DNA of 64,000 nt from positions 8,048 through 72,047 of the forward strand of contig JAURGE010000007.1 in the NCBI GenBank assembly GCA_030833925.1, read 5' to 3'. The translations under genes were made by a program, and so were the position numbers. Origin of the DNA: Alphaproteobacteria bacterium (lineage in GTDB: Bacteria; Pseudomonadota; Alphaproteobacteria; Bin95). How positions within the stretch are numbered: position 1 is the stretch's first letter; each line of letters opens with the position of its first letter. Shown piece by piece: positions 31,401-40,099 of the stretch. Below the pieces are notes generated by a model. The model was not told where the DNA came from. It ran no database searches and saw only the letters and a list, made by a program, of their open reading frames with translations.

Positions 31401-31611
31401 CTTCCCAACGGACATTTATTGAAACAATGTCGATACCAAAATCTGGGAAAAATTGCGTGTTCATCCGCCACAACCCAGCCAAGCCAGCTATGATCATGAT
31501 GGCCATTATTAAATTTGCTGCTGTCGGATGCCGAGCGAAGAGGCTAATTAATCCTCTTTGTGGCGTCTCACGTGGAAAGCCTTCAGAGCTACTATCGAGC
31601 GTGTCGTTCAC
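28429..31611 (-). CDS. RND (AcrB-family) transporter permease
   Basis: HPTAANL, GIVVDDAIVVGE, RLRAVLLTSLTT; two TM bundles. Confidence 0.93.
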   Translation of the reverse strand: MNDTLDSSSEGFPRETPQRGLISLFARHPTAANLIMAIMIIAGLAGLWRMNTQFFPDFGIDIVSINVRWEGASADDVDLSIVQTIEREVRFLDDVKRVRSTAREGAASVIVEFQQGANMQNAFANVDAAVARATTLPQGSEQPDVARIVRYDTIARIALSGPYSESALRTLAKRMRDEMMKAGIARVSFSGMRDPEISVEVDPFRLRAIDVTLADVSRAISSSSQDIPSGETGGGIRQIRSLGLAKTAGEIAAIELKNIDLGSKVRIADVAVVRETFDADQVTALHFGSPAIELLVQRATTADSLETATILDDYLDKVLPTLPPDLRVEKYGVESNLVKERIWLLIKNGASGLVLVVLVLFLFLNVRVAFWVAVGIPASLMAALAVMWLSGQSVNMISLFGLILVLGIVVDDAIVVGEHAESLRRKGLSALAAAEQGARKMAAPVVSSTLTTIAAFLPLFVIGDLIGVIIAAIPMAVVAALLASLFECFLALPGHMKSALRGPMVAQYGIRAAFNRAFDRFRDGTFKRAVLAAIQFRYATVAAAIAALIVSAGLVAGGRVAFNFFPSVEADVVFANVRLIPGGGRNATENAVRQIEKAAYEAEQKLGFNKGDLVRQTLAKVGATVGREQGTGTNGDEIGSVFLELISSDNRTVRTNEFLSAWNAALPSIAGIESFTLTPAQGGPPGREVDIRLSGGDPAVLKQAAQAVRGLLENYSGTSAIEDDMPYGKGELVLELSDKGHALGFTTENVSRQVRDAYSGAIAKRFPRGDDEITVRVRLDQNSLSGLSVRDLYVRSPSGVQIPLSEIVNFRETAGFSQIKREDGTRRIAVTAEIDETITTSNDVLAALERDGLSDIAAKYGIAYRFAGKAEEQQGTFKDMKTGALIGLVLMYIVLCWVFGSFSRPLAVMIIIPFGFIGASFGHLLMGFDLTILSMIALLGLAGIVVNDSIVLIIAIDEHRAEGEDLTVAATQGSVDRLRAVLLTSLTTIGGLTPMMFETSLQARFLIPMAVTIVFGLLIATFLVLFVVPALVVIGSDLRKIFSEITNKIQSIKHFSLSNN

Positions 31612-32864
31612 GTATTTGACTCACGGACACGCACTTTTAAACCTGGTGCTATTTCGGGGATACGTGTCACCACAAGTTGGCTTGCATCCGCAATATCACC
31701 GGAAATGAGTAAGTCAAAACCATCGTGAGCAAGCACCGTTACAATTCGCTCTACTAATCTACCTTTATCTATTAGGTAAATCCTCTCGGAATCATAGACA
31801 GCAATCTCAGGAACACGGAAAACATTTTCGTAAACAATATCAGGGGTTTGGGCTTCTATAAATGCACCTGGCCGAAGGTCAAAGGCATTCTGGCCTTTAT
31901 CAATTGGTGCATAGAGCCAAACCCCTCCTGAAGCAGCATCAAATTCACCCTGAACCCGTTCTAATGTTGCCTTGAGTTTTATTGATGCCTTACCAGCGCG
32001 CCAAACGACAAGCGCCGGACGACCCTTAACCCCCCCCTCAGATGAAAGTCTTCCAAATTGCGCATCACTCATGTGAAAACGAGCTTCTAGTCGCTCACTA
32101 TCGACTATCCTAGCAACCTTATCGGAAGCACTAAGCCGTTTTCCTACAGCAGCTGCTGTTTCAACTAAAACACCATCAAAGGGCGCCGTAAGACGGGTTT
32201 CCTCTAGATTACGTTTTGCCCTTTTTAATCTCACCTCTGCTCTAGTAACACTTGCTGAAAGCCGAGTAACCTGAGCTTCCAAACGCGTAATTGTCTCACT
32301 GCGAGCAACCCTGTTTTGCCGAGCGGAAAGATAAGAAAAACGTGCATCATCTGCAGTTTTGCTTGCGACTACTCCCCTGTCTGCCAGGCTCTTTTTCCGC
32401 TCAAGGTCAGTCTTCCGCAGTACTTCTTGTTCTTGATCGAATGTAGCGAGCACCTTATTTGAGGCCAGATCAGACTTTATCTCAACTAGAGAAGCTTTAG
32501 CTTCAACTAGAGACGCCTCCGCATCACTAAGCTCTGTTTCATATTTGAAGGGATCAATTGCAACGAGGAGCTCTCCCTTTATTACTTTTCCCCCTGCGTA
32601 AAAATTGGGTCCTATTTCAACGACCCGCCCCTCAACCAATGGCCTTAAGTCTGCATCCTGGGAGGAAATGATTTGTCCCTGAAGCCGCAAAGTGGGTTGG
32701 AGGTTAGCTCTTTGCAAAACAACTGAGTCTACAACCCAGTCTTTCTCAACGGGAGGTTTAGAAGCAGCCTCAGTTTTTGTAAGCACCAGAAGTGCAAAGA
32801 TCGCACCACCACCACCTAGGAAGAGTAACGCCAAAATTAACTGAGCAAGCCTACGCAAAATCAA
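31608..32864 (-). CDS. RND periplasmic adaptor (MFP)
   Basis: N-terminal anchor, lipoyl-like VEGRV..GELL, helical hairpin, LTAPFDG. Confidence 0.9.
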   Translation of the reverse strand: MILRRLAQLILALLFLGGGGAIFALLVLTKTEAASKPPVEKDWVVDSVVLQRANLQPTLRLQGQIISSQDADLRPLVEGRVVEIGPNFYAGGKVIKGELLVAIDPFKYETELSDAEASLVEAKASLVEIKSDLASNKVLATFDQEQEVLRKTDLERKKSLADRGVVASKTADDARFSYLSARQNRVARSETITRLEAQVTRLSASVTRAEVRLKRAKRNLEETRLTAPFDGVLVETAAAVGKRLSASDKVARIVDSERLEARFHMSDAQFGRLSSEGGVKGRPALVVWRAGKASIKLKATLERVQGEFDAASGGVWLYAPIDKGQNAFDLRPGAFIEAQTPDIVYENVFRVPEIAVYDSERIYLIDKGRLVERIVTVLAHDGFDLLISGDIADASQLVVTRIPEIAPGLKVRVRESNT

Positions 32865-33114
32865 TACTCCCTCAGCAAAACCTCAAGACCGGAACGTGCG
32901 TTGCGCCACCAAAAACCATGGTCAAATCTGAAACTTCTAAATTTCTAGAATTCCATACAGGCATATTCTTAAAAATTGTTACTTTCAACATCCTGTAACC
33001 CTTGTATCCAAGTGTTAGACGCAGACCATTATTAGATGTCGCCTCTCAGCTTCCGGCACAGTTAAGCAAGTCTGCGTCTTGCACAAACAAAGCCCTATGC
33101 CTAACACTTACGTA

Positions 33115-33447
33115 ATGAACGCCAATTCTGATCAAAAAATTCAAAAATTACTTGATCCTTCAGCAATGGAAGTTGTGATTGAACTTCAGAAGGCTGAGCT
33201 AGACCGACTACTTCTCGAGAATAGGCGTCTTCATGAAAGGATCGACCAGCTACTTCAATTGCAAGAGCGGGAACAGGTGTTGCGCCAACAACTACAGTCC
33301 CTGCTCGGCCATTCTCCTAAAACATCTCAAATTCCAAATAAGCTGATAAATGACAAAGCCCTTCAATCGGCCCAAACACGCTATGACAGATTGAAGGATA
33401 CCTTAGGCTTACTCCTAGTGGCTCTTGAAAAGCGGACTAGAACTTAA
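33115..33447 (+). CDS. Hypothetical coiled-coil protein (start uncertain, 33079-33115)
   Basis: Leu/Gln/Glu heptads ELDRLLLENRRLHERIDQLLQLQ; only ORF filling the gap. Confidence 0.6.
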   Translation: MNANSDQKIQKLLDPSAMEVVIELQKAELDRLLLENRRLHERIDQLLQLQEREQVLRQQLQSLLGHSPKTSQIPNKLINDKALQSAQTRYDRLKDTLGLLLVALEKRTRT

Positions 33448-33835
33448 CGATTACGTAATCACCTTCGGTAGACACGTCGACTGTCTCGGCATGCATTTCT
33501 TTGCCATCCCCAACTTCAATGTCATAAGAATGGGTTTTCCAACGTTTTGGATCAAACCGAGATTTTCCAGTCCTGAGATCAAACTCCCAGCCATGCCACG
33601 GGCATCTGACAATCTCACCACCGCGACTATAATTGTAGCATCCTGGCTTATTGGCTTCTACTAGCCCAATCACAACACCCTCCGAGAGCAGTCCCCCCAT
33701 ATGCGGACAGGCATCCCTTAGGCCAAAATATTCTCCATCAACATTAAAGATGGCAACTTTTCGACCTGCCACCTCAACGCTAACACGTGTGCCCGGAGGA
33801 ATATCCTCCACTTTCGCCGCAATATGCTTCGCCAT
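33437..33835 (-). CDS. Rieske [2Fe-2S] ferredoxin
   Basis: CPH-X32-CPWH. Confidence 0.92.
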   Translation of the reverse strand: MAKHIAAKVEDIPPGTRVSVEVAGRKVAIFNVDGEYFGLRDACPHMGGLLSEGVVIGLVEANKPGCYNYSRGGEIVRCPWHGWEFDLRTGKSRFDPKRWKTHSYDIEVGDGKEMHAETVDVSTEGDYVIVKF

Positions 33836-33839
33836 GCCC

Positions 33840-34949
33840 TCAGATGCCGTAAAGAGAACGTGCGTTACCTAAAAAGAAACCCTCTTTTTGCTCATCAGTT
33901 GCACGCGGCAAAGGTATACGTGTCGGGTCATCAAAATCCCAATGAGGATAATCAGTTGCAAATAATAATTTATCCCAACCAATCCACTCAAAGACGTCTT
34001 TTAGATGGCCACGACGATCAGGCTCTTCAAAAGGCTGTGTAGTGTACCAAATATGCTCAGCCATATATTCAGAGGGTGGTCGCTTCACGTGGGGTAGCTC
34101 TTGTCTATTCTGAGCCCAAATCCTGTCCAAGCGCCATGAAAGCGACGGAGCCCAGGCAAACCCAGCTTCAACAATGATCAATTTCAATTTCGGCCAACGC
34201 TCAAAGACACCTTCTAGCACCATTGATGAAACCAAGGATTGCGCCGATTGTGAATGCCCCACCATGTCTTCTGTATAATAACTGGGCCAACCACCTCCAG
34301 TGACCGGCGTACCGCCAAACCCGAAGGCATGCACAGCAAGGGGAAGATTTGCATCCTGACAGGCACTAAAAATTGGCCAATAGCGGCGGTTACCCATTGG
34401 CTCTGATGTCCTGATTAACATGAAAGCCTGAATGAAATTTGTATCGCCGGCGCGACGCTCTATCTCCTGGGCCGAAAGGAAACCATCTTCATATGGAAGA
34501 CACACAGAACCCTTTAAGCGAGCCTCTTTGGAAGTCCATTCTGCAATCTGCCAATCATTAATTGCTTTACAGTAAGCAGCAGCAAAGTCCGGGTTCTGAA
34601 GTCCCTGCCCTGACTTTAATGGATTCAAAACACCCAGCTGAACATTATATGGGTCTAGGTGATGCTTTCGCATAAATTCTAGGTCTGAACCAGGTTTCTC
34701 ACCGTTTGGTCCATACGCATCACGGCGCGCCGCATCAGGCTGCCCTTTTGGATAGGCTGGCCCCGCTTGATATGGCTGTCGTAGCAACATCCCATAGGTT
34801 TGGTAATGGTCTTGCCAGCGCTTTGAGAGATAGGGGAAAATCTCCCTCTCAACCGACTTAGGACTTGGATGAATGTCGCAGTCCGCTATTGCAAGTTTCT
34901 GATTTGCAGGCTTCGTGGCCGAAGCTTGGCCGATGGTTTCGACAGTCAC
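33840..34949 (-). CDS. Amidohydrolase_2-fold protein; candidate catalytic dimetal monooxygenase subunit
   Basis: DCDIH, AVHAFG, IVEAG, TDYPHWD; GTG start overlapping the upstream stop. Confidence 0.85.
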   Translation of the reverse strand: MTVETIGQASATKPANQKLAIADCDIHPSPKSVEREIFPYLSKRWQDHYQTYGMLLRQPYQAGPAYPKGQPDAARRDAYGPNGEKPGSDLEFMRKHHLDPYNVQLGVLNPLKSGQGLQNPDFAAAYCKAINDWQIAEWTSKEARLKGSVCLPYEDGFLSAQEIERRAGDTNFIQAFMLIRTSEPMGNRRYWPIFSACQDANLPLAVHAFGFGGTPVTGGGWPSYYTEDMVGHSQSAQSLVSSMVLEGVFERWPKLKLIIVEAGFAWAPSLSWRLDRIWAQNRQELPHVKRPPSEYMAEHIWYTTQPFEEPDRRGHLKDVFEWIGWDKLLFATDYPHWDFDDPTRIPLPRATDEQKEGFFLGNARSLYGI

Positions 34950-36016
34950 GTTACGGCCTCCTTTAATCTCGGATAAGTCGCAAGAGGATTATCATAGCAG
35001 ATTTTATTCTGAAGTGCTCTCGAGATTCCATCAGGAATCGCGTTATTTCCCTCGTAGTGCCAATGCGGATAGTCACTAGAGAATAGAAGCATTTCATCAC
35101 TGTCAAAATGCTCAATTAATTTTTCTAAGTCATCTGGCCTAGGTGGTGCATCATAAGGTTGTATTGTCAGTCGAACATGGTCCTTGGCAATTTCAAGCGG
35201 ATGCCTGTCCACCCAAGGGGTTTCCATCCTCAAACCACGCCAAAACTTACCAAGCCTCCAAAGGTGTGCAGGTAACCAAGCGAAGCCGGACTCTAAAAGA
35301 ACAACCTTTAATTCAGGGAATTCCGCAAAAACTCCCTCCGTGATCAAGCTAGTGAGTGTTGTTTGGAATGCCTGTGACTGTGCAGCTGAGTCTTCGGCAT
35401 AATAAGTAGGCCAACCAACTGACGTTACGGGATGCCTATAAGCACTGCCCGCATGAATACCTACAGGAAGGCCATTCCTCTCTGCAGCCCGATAAATTGG
35501 CCAGTAGCGGCGACGCCCTAAAGGCATTTCATCCATTACCAGCATTAAAACCTGAACAAACCGCTTATCGACAGCCATGCGATCTATCTCGGCTGCGGCA
35601 TAATCAGGATTTTGTGGAGAAACGACGATAGAAGCGCGAAGGCGCGGCTCTTTATCCAACCATTCTGTGGCAATCCAATCATTCACCGCCCGAGCAAATG
35701 CGTAAGCCATATCTTCGGTATACAAAAGTTGAACACCGTAAAGACAGTTGCAGATGGCAAATTTCGTACCAAAACCATCCAGCGCTTCTTTTCTAAGTCG
35801 CACTAAGTCTTGGCCAGCCTTACCCACTTCCGGCTTCCAGTCAGGACGGGCTGAAATAGGAGCGTTCTTAGGGTAGCTGATTGAATCTAATTCATGCACA
35901 CCTCGCTGGATCACCATATCACGCCAATGATCATCCAGATATGGCAGCAAAGCCTTGATACTAGGCACCGCTGGATGAAGATCACAGTCTATAGCGCCAA
36001 CCGGCGGGTAAGGCAT
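34946..36016 (-). CDS. Amidohydrolase_2-fold protein; candidate partner subunit
   Basis: DCDLH, GIHAG, LLESG, SDYPHWH. Confidence 0.85.
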   Translation of the reverse strand: MPYPPVGAIDCDLHPAVPSIKALLPYLDDHWRDMVIQRGVHELDSISYPKNAPISARPDWKPEVGKAGQDLVRLRKEALDGFGTKFAICNCLYGVQLLYTEDMAYAFARAVNDWIATEWLDKEPRLRASIVVSPQNPDYAAAEIDRMAVDKRFVQVLMLVMDEMPLGRRRYWPIYRAAERNGLPVGIHAGSAYRHPVTSVGWPTYYAEDSAAQSQAFQTTLTSLITEGVFAEFPELKVVLLESGFAWLPAHLWRLGKFWRGLRMETPWVDRHPLEIAKDHVRLTIQPYDAPPRPDDLEKLIEHFDSDEMLLFSSDYPHWHYEGNNAIPDGISRALQNKICYDNPLATYPRLKEAVT

Positions 36017-36019
36017 TTT

Positions 36020-36916
36020 TTAGTCCTCCTCAGGCCTGGACCGCCATTCCTCAGCGTCGAATGCTACATGCTCTCCAAAATGATGAATGGTCGTATCAGT
36101 AGGAAGGGTCATTTTCGAGAATTGTGTTTCCGCCGAAGATAGATGAACAACGCGAGACTGGGTCTGAAGCCATTTTGTTGCGGGTAGAAGTGTCGACTGC
36201 CGCTGAGTCACATCCATCAAAAAATAATGATGTGGAATCACTACTTTTGGTCGCAATCGGTTAATTATGCTGTCCACCATTTCAAATCCCATTACATGCT
36301 GGCTATCGTCAACAGGCAGCAAAGCAACGTCTACGTTACCAAGTTTTTCCCATACATAATCTGGGGGATTATGCCTGTTATCGCCCCAGTGAAGAAATCG
36401 AAGACCACCAGTTTCAATAACAACTATTACATTATCCCATGATCGTGGATTATCTGGCGGCTCGATATCAACACCGTTGAAACGTTTGTGAATTAGCTTG
36501 AAATCATATGTGGCGGCACTTGAGTCGGTAGCATGTTTATCGGCAATGCCATCAATCAAAACATCAAGAAAACTGTATTGGCCGATTGGCCTATCCAAAA
36601 GAACACTTGCGTCTAACCTATCGAGAGCATCGTGATCAAAGTGAGCATGGGTTGAAATTCCTATGTCAATCTTTGTGAGTGGCATATCCTTAAAATACCA
36701 GTCCCAAGTCCTACTTGGGTGGTTTCGCCAGGGATCAATCATTATTGATAGGCCCTGTGGCGTCGTCAGCCTAAACGCACTCGATCCGAAGTAAGCAATT
36801 TTTACAATGCCAAGATCTTCGGGTTTTCCAATACCTGACTCTTGTTTAAGCATCATTGAGTTGTGATTGCTCGCGCGAAGCCAAGATGTAAGACCCGAAT
36901 TAAGCTTACGCATCAT
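36020..36916 (-). CDS. Metallo-beta-lactamase-fold hydrolase
   Basis: IMIDPW, STHAHFDH, HWGD, VIPHHY. Confidence 0.88.
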   Translation of the reverse strand: MMRKLNSGLTSWLRASNHNSMMLKQESGIGKPEDLGIVKIAYFGSSAFRLTTPQGLSIMIDPWRNHPSRTWDWYFKDMPLTKIDIGISTHAHFDHDALDRLDASVLLDRPIGQYSFLDVLIDGIADKHATDSSAATYDFKLIHKRFNGVDIEPPDNPRSWDNVIVVIETGGLRFLHWGDNRHNPPDYVWEKLGNVDVALLPVDDSQHVMGFEMVDSIINRLRPKVVIPHHYFLMDVTQRQSTLLPATKWLQTQSRVVHLSSAETQFSKMTLPTDTTIHHFGEHVAFDAEEWRSRPEED

Positions 36917-37609
36917 TTAGTCCTCGAAAATCGCAACAGCTCGAATTGGACTAGCTGTTCCTCCCCTAATTTTTAGCGGAAAACCTGCAAAACGGAAGCG
37001 ACCCTTTCCAACCAACTCCTCTAAGTTCCATAGGCATTCAATGTGGGTGATGCCCCGCTCCCCACAAGCCAGATGGGCTTTATAATTTGCGGCGCCTTCA
37101 GGAGCAGGACTAATAGCTTCAACACCAAATTGACGTATTTTTTTATCCGCAAGCCAATGAACTGAAGCAACATGGAGGCCTGGAAAGTCGTGTTGATACC
37201 CAGGCTTCCCCCATAATCGAGCATTAACGCTCATGTGTATCAATACGGTATCACCCTCAAGGATCTCTTCCCCAGTGGCCTTAAGTGCTGCTTCCATCTC
37301 ATCAACCGTTATTTCATGGCGTAACGGGACATCGGAAAGATCTAGGCAAAGGCCGCCTGTATAAAAATTTTCTAATGGAATTTCGTCTATAGAGGCTGCC
37401 CCAGGTCGTGGGTCAAAATGAATTGGAGCGTCTATATGGGTTCCCGCATGGTCAGACATGGAAATCGACATTGCTTTAGAGGAAAATTTAATTCCACCCG
37501 CTTCCTTCACCTCTGAATGGTCGTTCCACGTTGTAATGATCACCGGAGGGTGGGCGGGATGCGCGGGGGTTCGATGATAGAGCTCTCTTGAAAGGTCAAT
37601 TATACGCAT
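36917..37609 (-). CDS. Cyclase-family (kynurenine formamidase-like) metal hydrolase
   Basis: IIDLS, HAGTHIDAP, FPLKIRGGTASPIRA; ATG 37609 after GGAG. Confidence 0.9.
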   Translation of the reverse strand: MRIIDLSRELYHRTPAHPAHPPVIITTWNDHSEVKEAGGIKFSSKAMSISMSDHAGTHIDAPIHFDPRPGAASIDEIPLENFYTGGLCLDLSDVPLRHEITVDEMEAALKATGEEILEGDTVLIHMSVNARLWGKPGYQHDFPGLHVASVHWLADKKIRQFGVEAISPAPEGAANYKAHLACGERGITHIECLWNLEELVGKGRFRFAGFPLKIRGGTASPIRAVAIFED

Positions 37610-37653
37610 CCGCATCTCCAGCAATAAAAGGAAGTCATTAAAACTATAGATCC

Positions 37654-37671
37654 CCGTCACAAAGATTACAT
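37654..37671 (+). promoter_or_regulatory. Putative Pho box upstream of phnN
   Basis: CCGTCAC-AAAG-ATTACAT with 11-bp period, plus in-phase AAGTCAT 22 bp upstream. Confidence 0.5.
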
Positions 37672-37721
37672 AATCTTGGGTGCAAATAGGGAATCGATAC
37701 AATAACGAAAAGTGACAATGG

Positions 37722-38303
37722 ATGACTGGCTTAGCGCCATTAATCTTGGTTGTTGGTCCAAGCGGAGCCGGCAAAGATACCCTTCTTGAGGGAGCCGCCC
37801 GCGAACTCGAACCAACAGGCAATTTCAGTTTTGCGAAACGAGTGATAACCCGCCCTGTTACTCCTGAGGGCGAACAACACATCGAGATGAGCACAGACGA
37901 GTTTAATCAAAAGGAAGCAGAGGGATATTTTCTTCTATCATGGCGCGCGCATGGCTATTGTTATGGTATCTTAGCCGAGCCGACAGAAACACTTAGGACA
38001 CGCGGGTGCGCTGTAGTGGCAAGTGTTTCTAGAACAGTAATAGATGACGCAAAGTCTCGCCATCAACCTGTCCATGTTATCGTCGTAACAGCACCCAAAA
38101 CTATTCTTGCAAGGCGTTTAGCCGATCGGGGCCGCGAACCCGAAGCTGATGTTTTAGCGAGACTTGAGCGCTCTGATGCTATCGACGTTTGCGGTCAAAA
38201 CGTAACGATTATTGAAAATATTTCTGATGTAAAAAGTGGCATCAGACAGATGATATCAGCATTAGAAGCTGCTTCATCCTTTGAATGGAAATCGACGGAT
38301 TAA
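37722..38303 (+). CDS. phnN: Ribose 1,5-bisphosphate phosphokinase
   Basis: VVGPSGAGKD, RVITR, WRAHGYCYG, RLADRGRE. Confidence 0.92.
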   Translation: MTGLAPLILVVGPSGAGKDTLLEGAARELEPTGNFSFAKRVITRPVTPEGEQHIEMSTDEFNQKEAEGYFLLSWRAHGYCYGILAEPTETLRTRGCAVVASVSRTVIDDAKSRHQPVHVIVVTAPKTILARRLADRGREPEADVLARLERSDAIDVCGQNVTIIENISDVKSGIRQMISALEAASSFEWKSTD

Positions 38304-38969
38304 CCGAAAGGGCTGATCTGATCCCACCTGCTCGTAAAGACTTACTCCAGAGACCTCCATTGGTCCTACCGCACCTGCAGCTTCGGCAGCACTTATTAAT
38401 CCGGCAGTTAACTTTGATCTAAGCCCGTCTGCTGCTATGGCGCTGGTTAGCGTCATATGAAAACGGAAATCTTCCATGACGTAAGGGTATCCCCAGCGCA
38501 GGAGATTTTCTTCCTGGCGTCCAGTCAATCCAGCCAAGCGACGCTTCGCTAGCTCTTTCTCTGTCTGTGGCGCTCTAAACGGCTCAAAAACCTCAACAGC
38601 ATTGGCTGCCAATTCAATCATCGATTTTGACTGAACGAGAAGCTTAAACGCAACAAAATTGCCTAACTCTGCCGGAGCAACCATTGGGCAGTTAAAGGAC
38701 TTTTGCGTTGATACAAAGTCCTCACACGTTCGGATTAAATCAGCGAATGAGCAGCCTTCAGACAGGCGGAAAGGAGGCTTTAAAGTTGCATGAAACCCAT
38801 ACAAACGAGGAGATGCTGTAAGTTCATCTAAATTTAAACCGCTTAATCCACTCAAAGATGGACGAATGAGAGGCTCACCTGTTTCGACATCCCTACCTAA
38901 CCACGCATTGCCAAATCTCCAGAGAGGACTTTCACGGTCAGGTGCAAAATAAATTGCATAACGTGTCAT
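38274..38969 (-). CDS. DUF1045 phosphonate-metabolism protein (2H phosphoesterase-like)
   Basis: RYAIYFAP, YGFHATLKPPF, WGYPYV, RFHMTLT. Confidence 0.9.
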   Translation of the reverse strand: MTRYAIYFAPDRESPLWRFGNAWLGRDVETGEPLIRPSLSGLSGLNLDELTASPRLYGFHATLKPPFRLSEGCSFADLIRTCEDFVSTQKSFNCPMVAPAELGNFVAFKLLVQSKSMIELAANAVEVFEPFRAPQTEKELAKRRLAGLTGRQEENLLRWGYPYVMEDFRFHMTLTSAIAADGLRSKLTAGLISAAEAAGAVGPMEVSGVSLYEQVGSDQPFRLIRRFPFKG

Positions 38970-40099
38970 GCTACTTTTACGCCATGCACCCAGGTGCCTC
39001 GGACCACTGCAGCATCATCGATTTTACGCACGCGCACGAGATCTGCTCTGAGACCCACAGCAATCTCTCCACGATCAAGATGGCCCAGCATTTCAGCAGG
39101 ATTTTTAGATACTGTCGCGACTGCTTTAGGCAAAGTCATGACACCAATTTCATTTAGTTTAAATGCCGCTTGAACCAAGCTAATGGGCGCATAGTCTGAA
39201 GAGAGTGCATCGAGAAGGTCAGCGTCCGCTAGATCAATTGCAGAGACATTACCCGAATGGGACCCCCCTCTAGCAACATTAGGTCCACCCATAACTGTCC
39301 GCATCCCAGCGGCTTTCGCAGCCTCTGCTGCTTCCATAGTGGTAGGAAATTCAGAAATTCGAATGTTGTCTTTTACAGCCTCAGAGACATGCTCTGGTGT
39401 AGTATCATCATGACTTGCTACAGGACCACGATCAGACCACAGATCAAGAATTTGTCTACGATTAACCTCGGAGTTTTTGCTTGCCGAGGCAATTCTTGAA
39501 GCGACATATGCCTCAAATTCCTTATCAGACATGTTGGCGTTTTTATATACTTTAAAGGATTTGAGATCGCGCCATTGACGCTGACCAGGCGTGTGATCCA
39601 TCAATGAAATTAGTCGGACGACTGGATCTTTGGCATATGGCTTGAACAGTTCCGGCGCTACATCATCGGCAATCTCACACCGAAGATGAACATAATGATC
39701 TGCTCTAAATAAATTCAATGTACTAGCTTCTGTAACAGCCTCCATAACGGTTTTGAGCAGCGCTCGGCGATAATTCCGATCCAAATACTCACCTACCGCG
39801 ATGGCGTCATAAACAGTGGTTACTCCAGCAGCTACCATCTGCGCATCATGAGCAAGGATAGCCGCTACGGGAGAAGGCCATACAACTCCTGGACGCGGGA
39901 CCATATGTTTTTCAACATTATCTGTGTGGATTTCAACAAATCCTGGCAGCAGGAAATCCTGACCAAGGTCATGAGCACCATTGGGAATGTTATCCCCTTC
40001 CCAGATCTCCGAGATACGACCTTCCGTTACTGCAATCCCTCCAAGGAATTCTGCTTCGGCATTAACAATTCGAGCGTTGGCCAATATTAAATCAGTCAT
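38966..40099 (-). CDS. phnM: Alpha-D-ribose 1-methylphosphonate 5-triphosphate diphosphatase
   Basis: EIHTDN, HLRCE, MDHTPGQRQ, SHDD, GGSHSGNV. Confidence 0.96.
   Translation of the reverse strand: MTDLILANARIVNAEAEFLGGIAVTEGRISEIWEGDNIPNGAHDLGQDFLLPGFVEIHTDNVEKHMVPRPGVVWPSPVAAILAHDAQMVAAGVTTVYDAIAVGEYLDRNYRRALLKTVMEAVTEASTLNLFRADHYVHLRCEIADDVAPELFKPYAKDPVVRLISLMDHTPGQRQWRDLKSFKVYKNANMSDKEFEAYVASRIASASKNSEVNRRQILDLWSDRGPVASHDDTTPEHVSEAVKDNIRISEFPTTMEAAEAAKAAGMRTVMGGPNVARGGSHSGNVSAIDLADADLLDALSSDYAPISLVQAAFKLNEIGVMTLPKAVATVSKNPAEMLGHLDRGEIAVGLRADLVRVRKIDDAAVVRGTWVHGVKVA

Noticed and set aside
28429-32864. RND pair lacking an outer-membrane channel gene
   Set aside because: Common; TolC-type genes are often encoded elsewhere
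37610-37894. 95-aa N-terminal extension of the cyclase ORF
   Set aside because: It overlaps phnN antisense; the family start and RBS are at 37609
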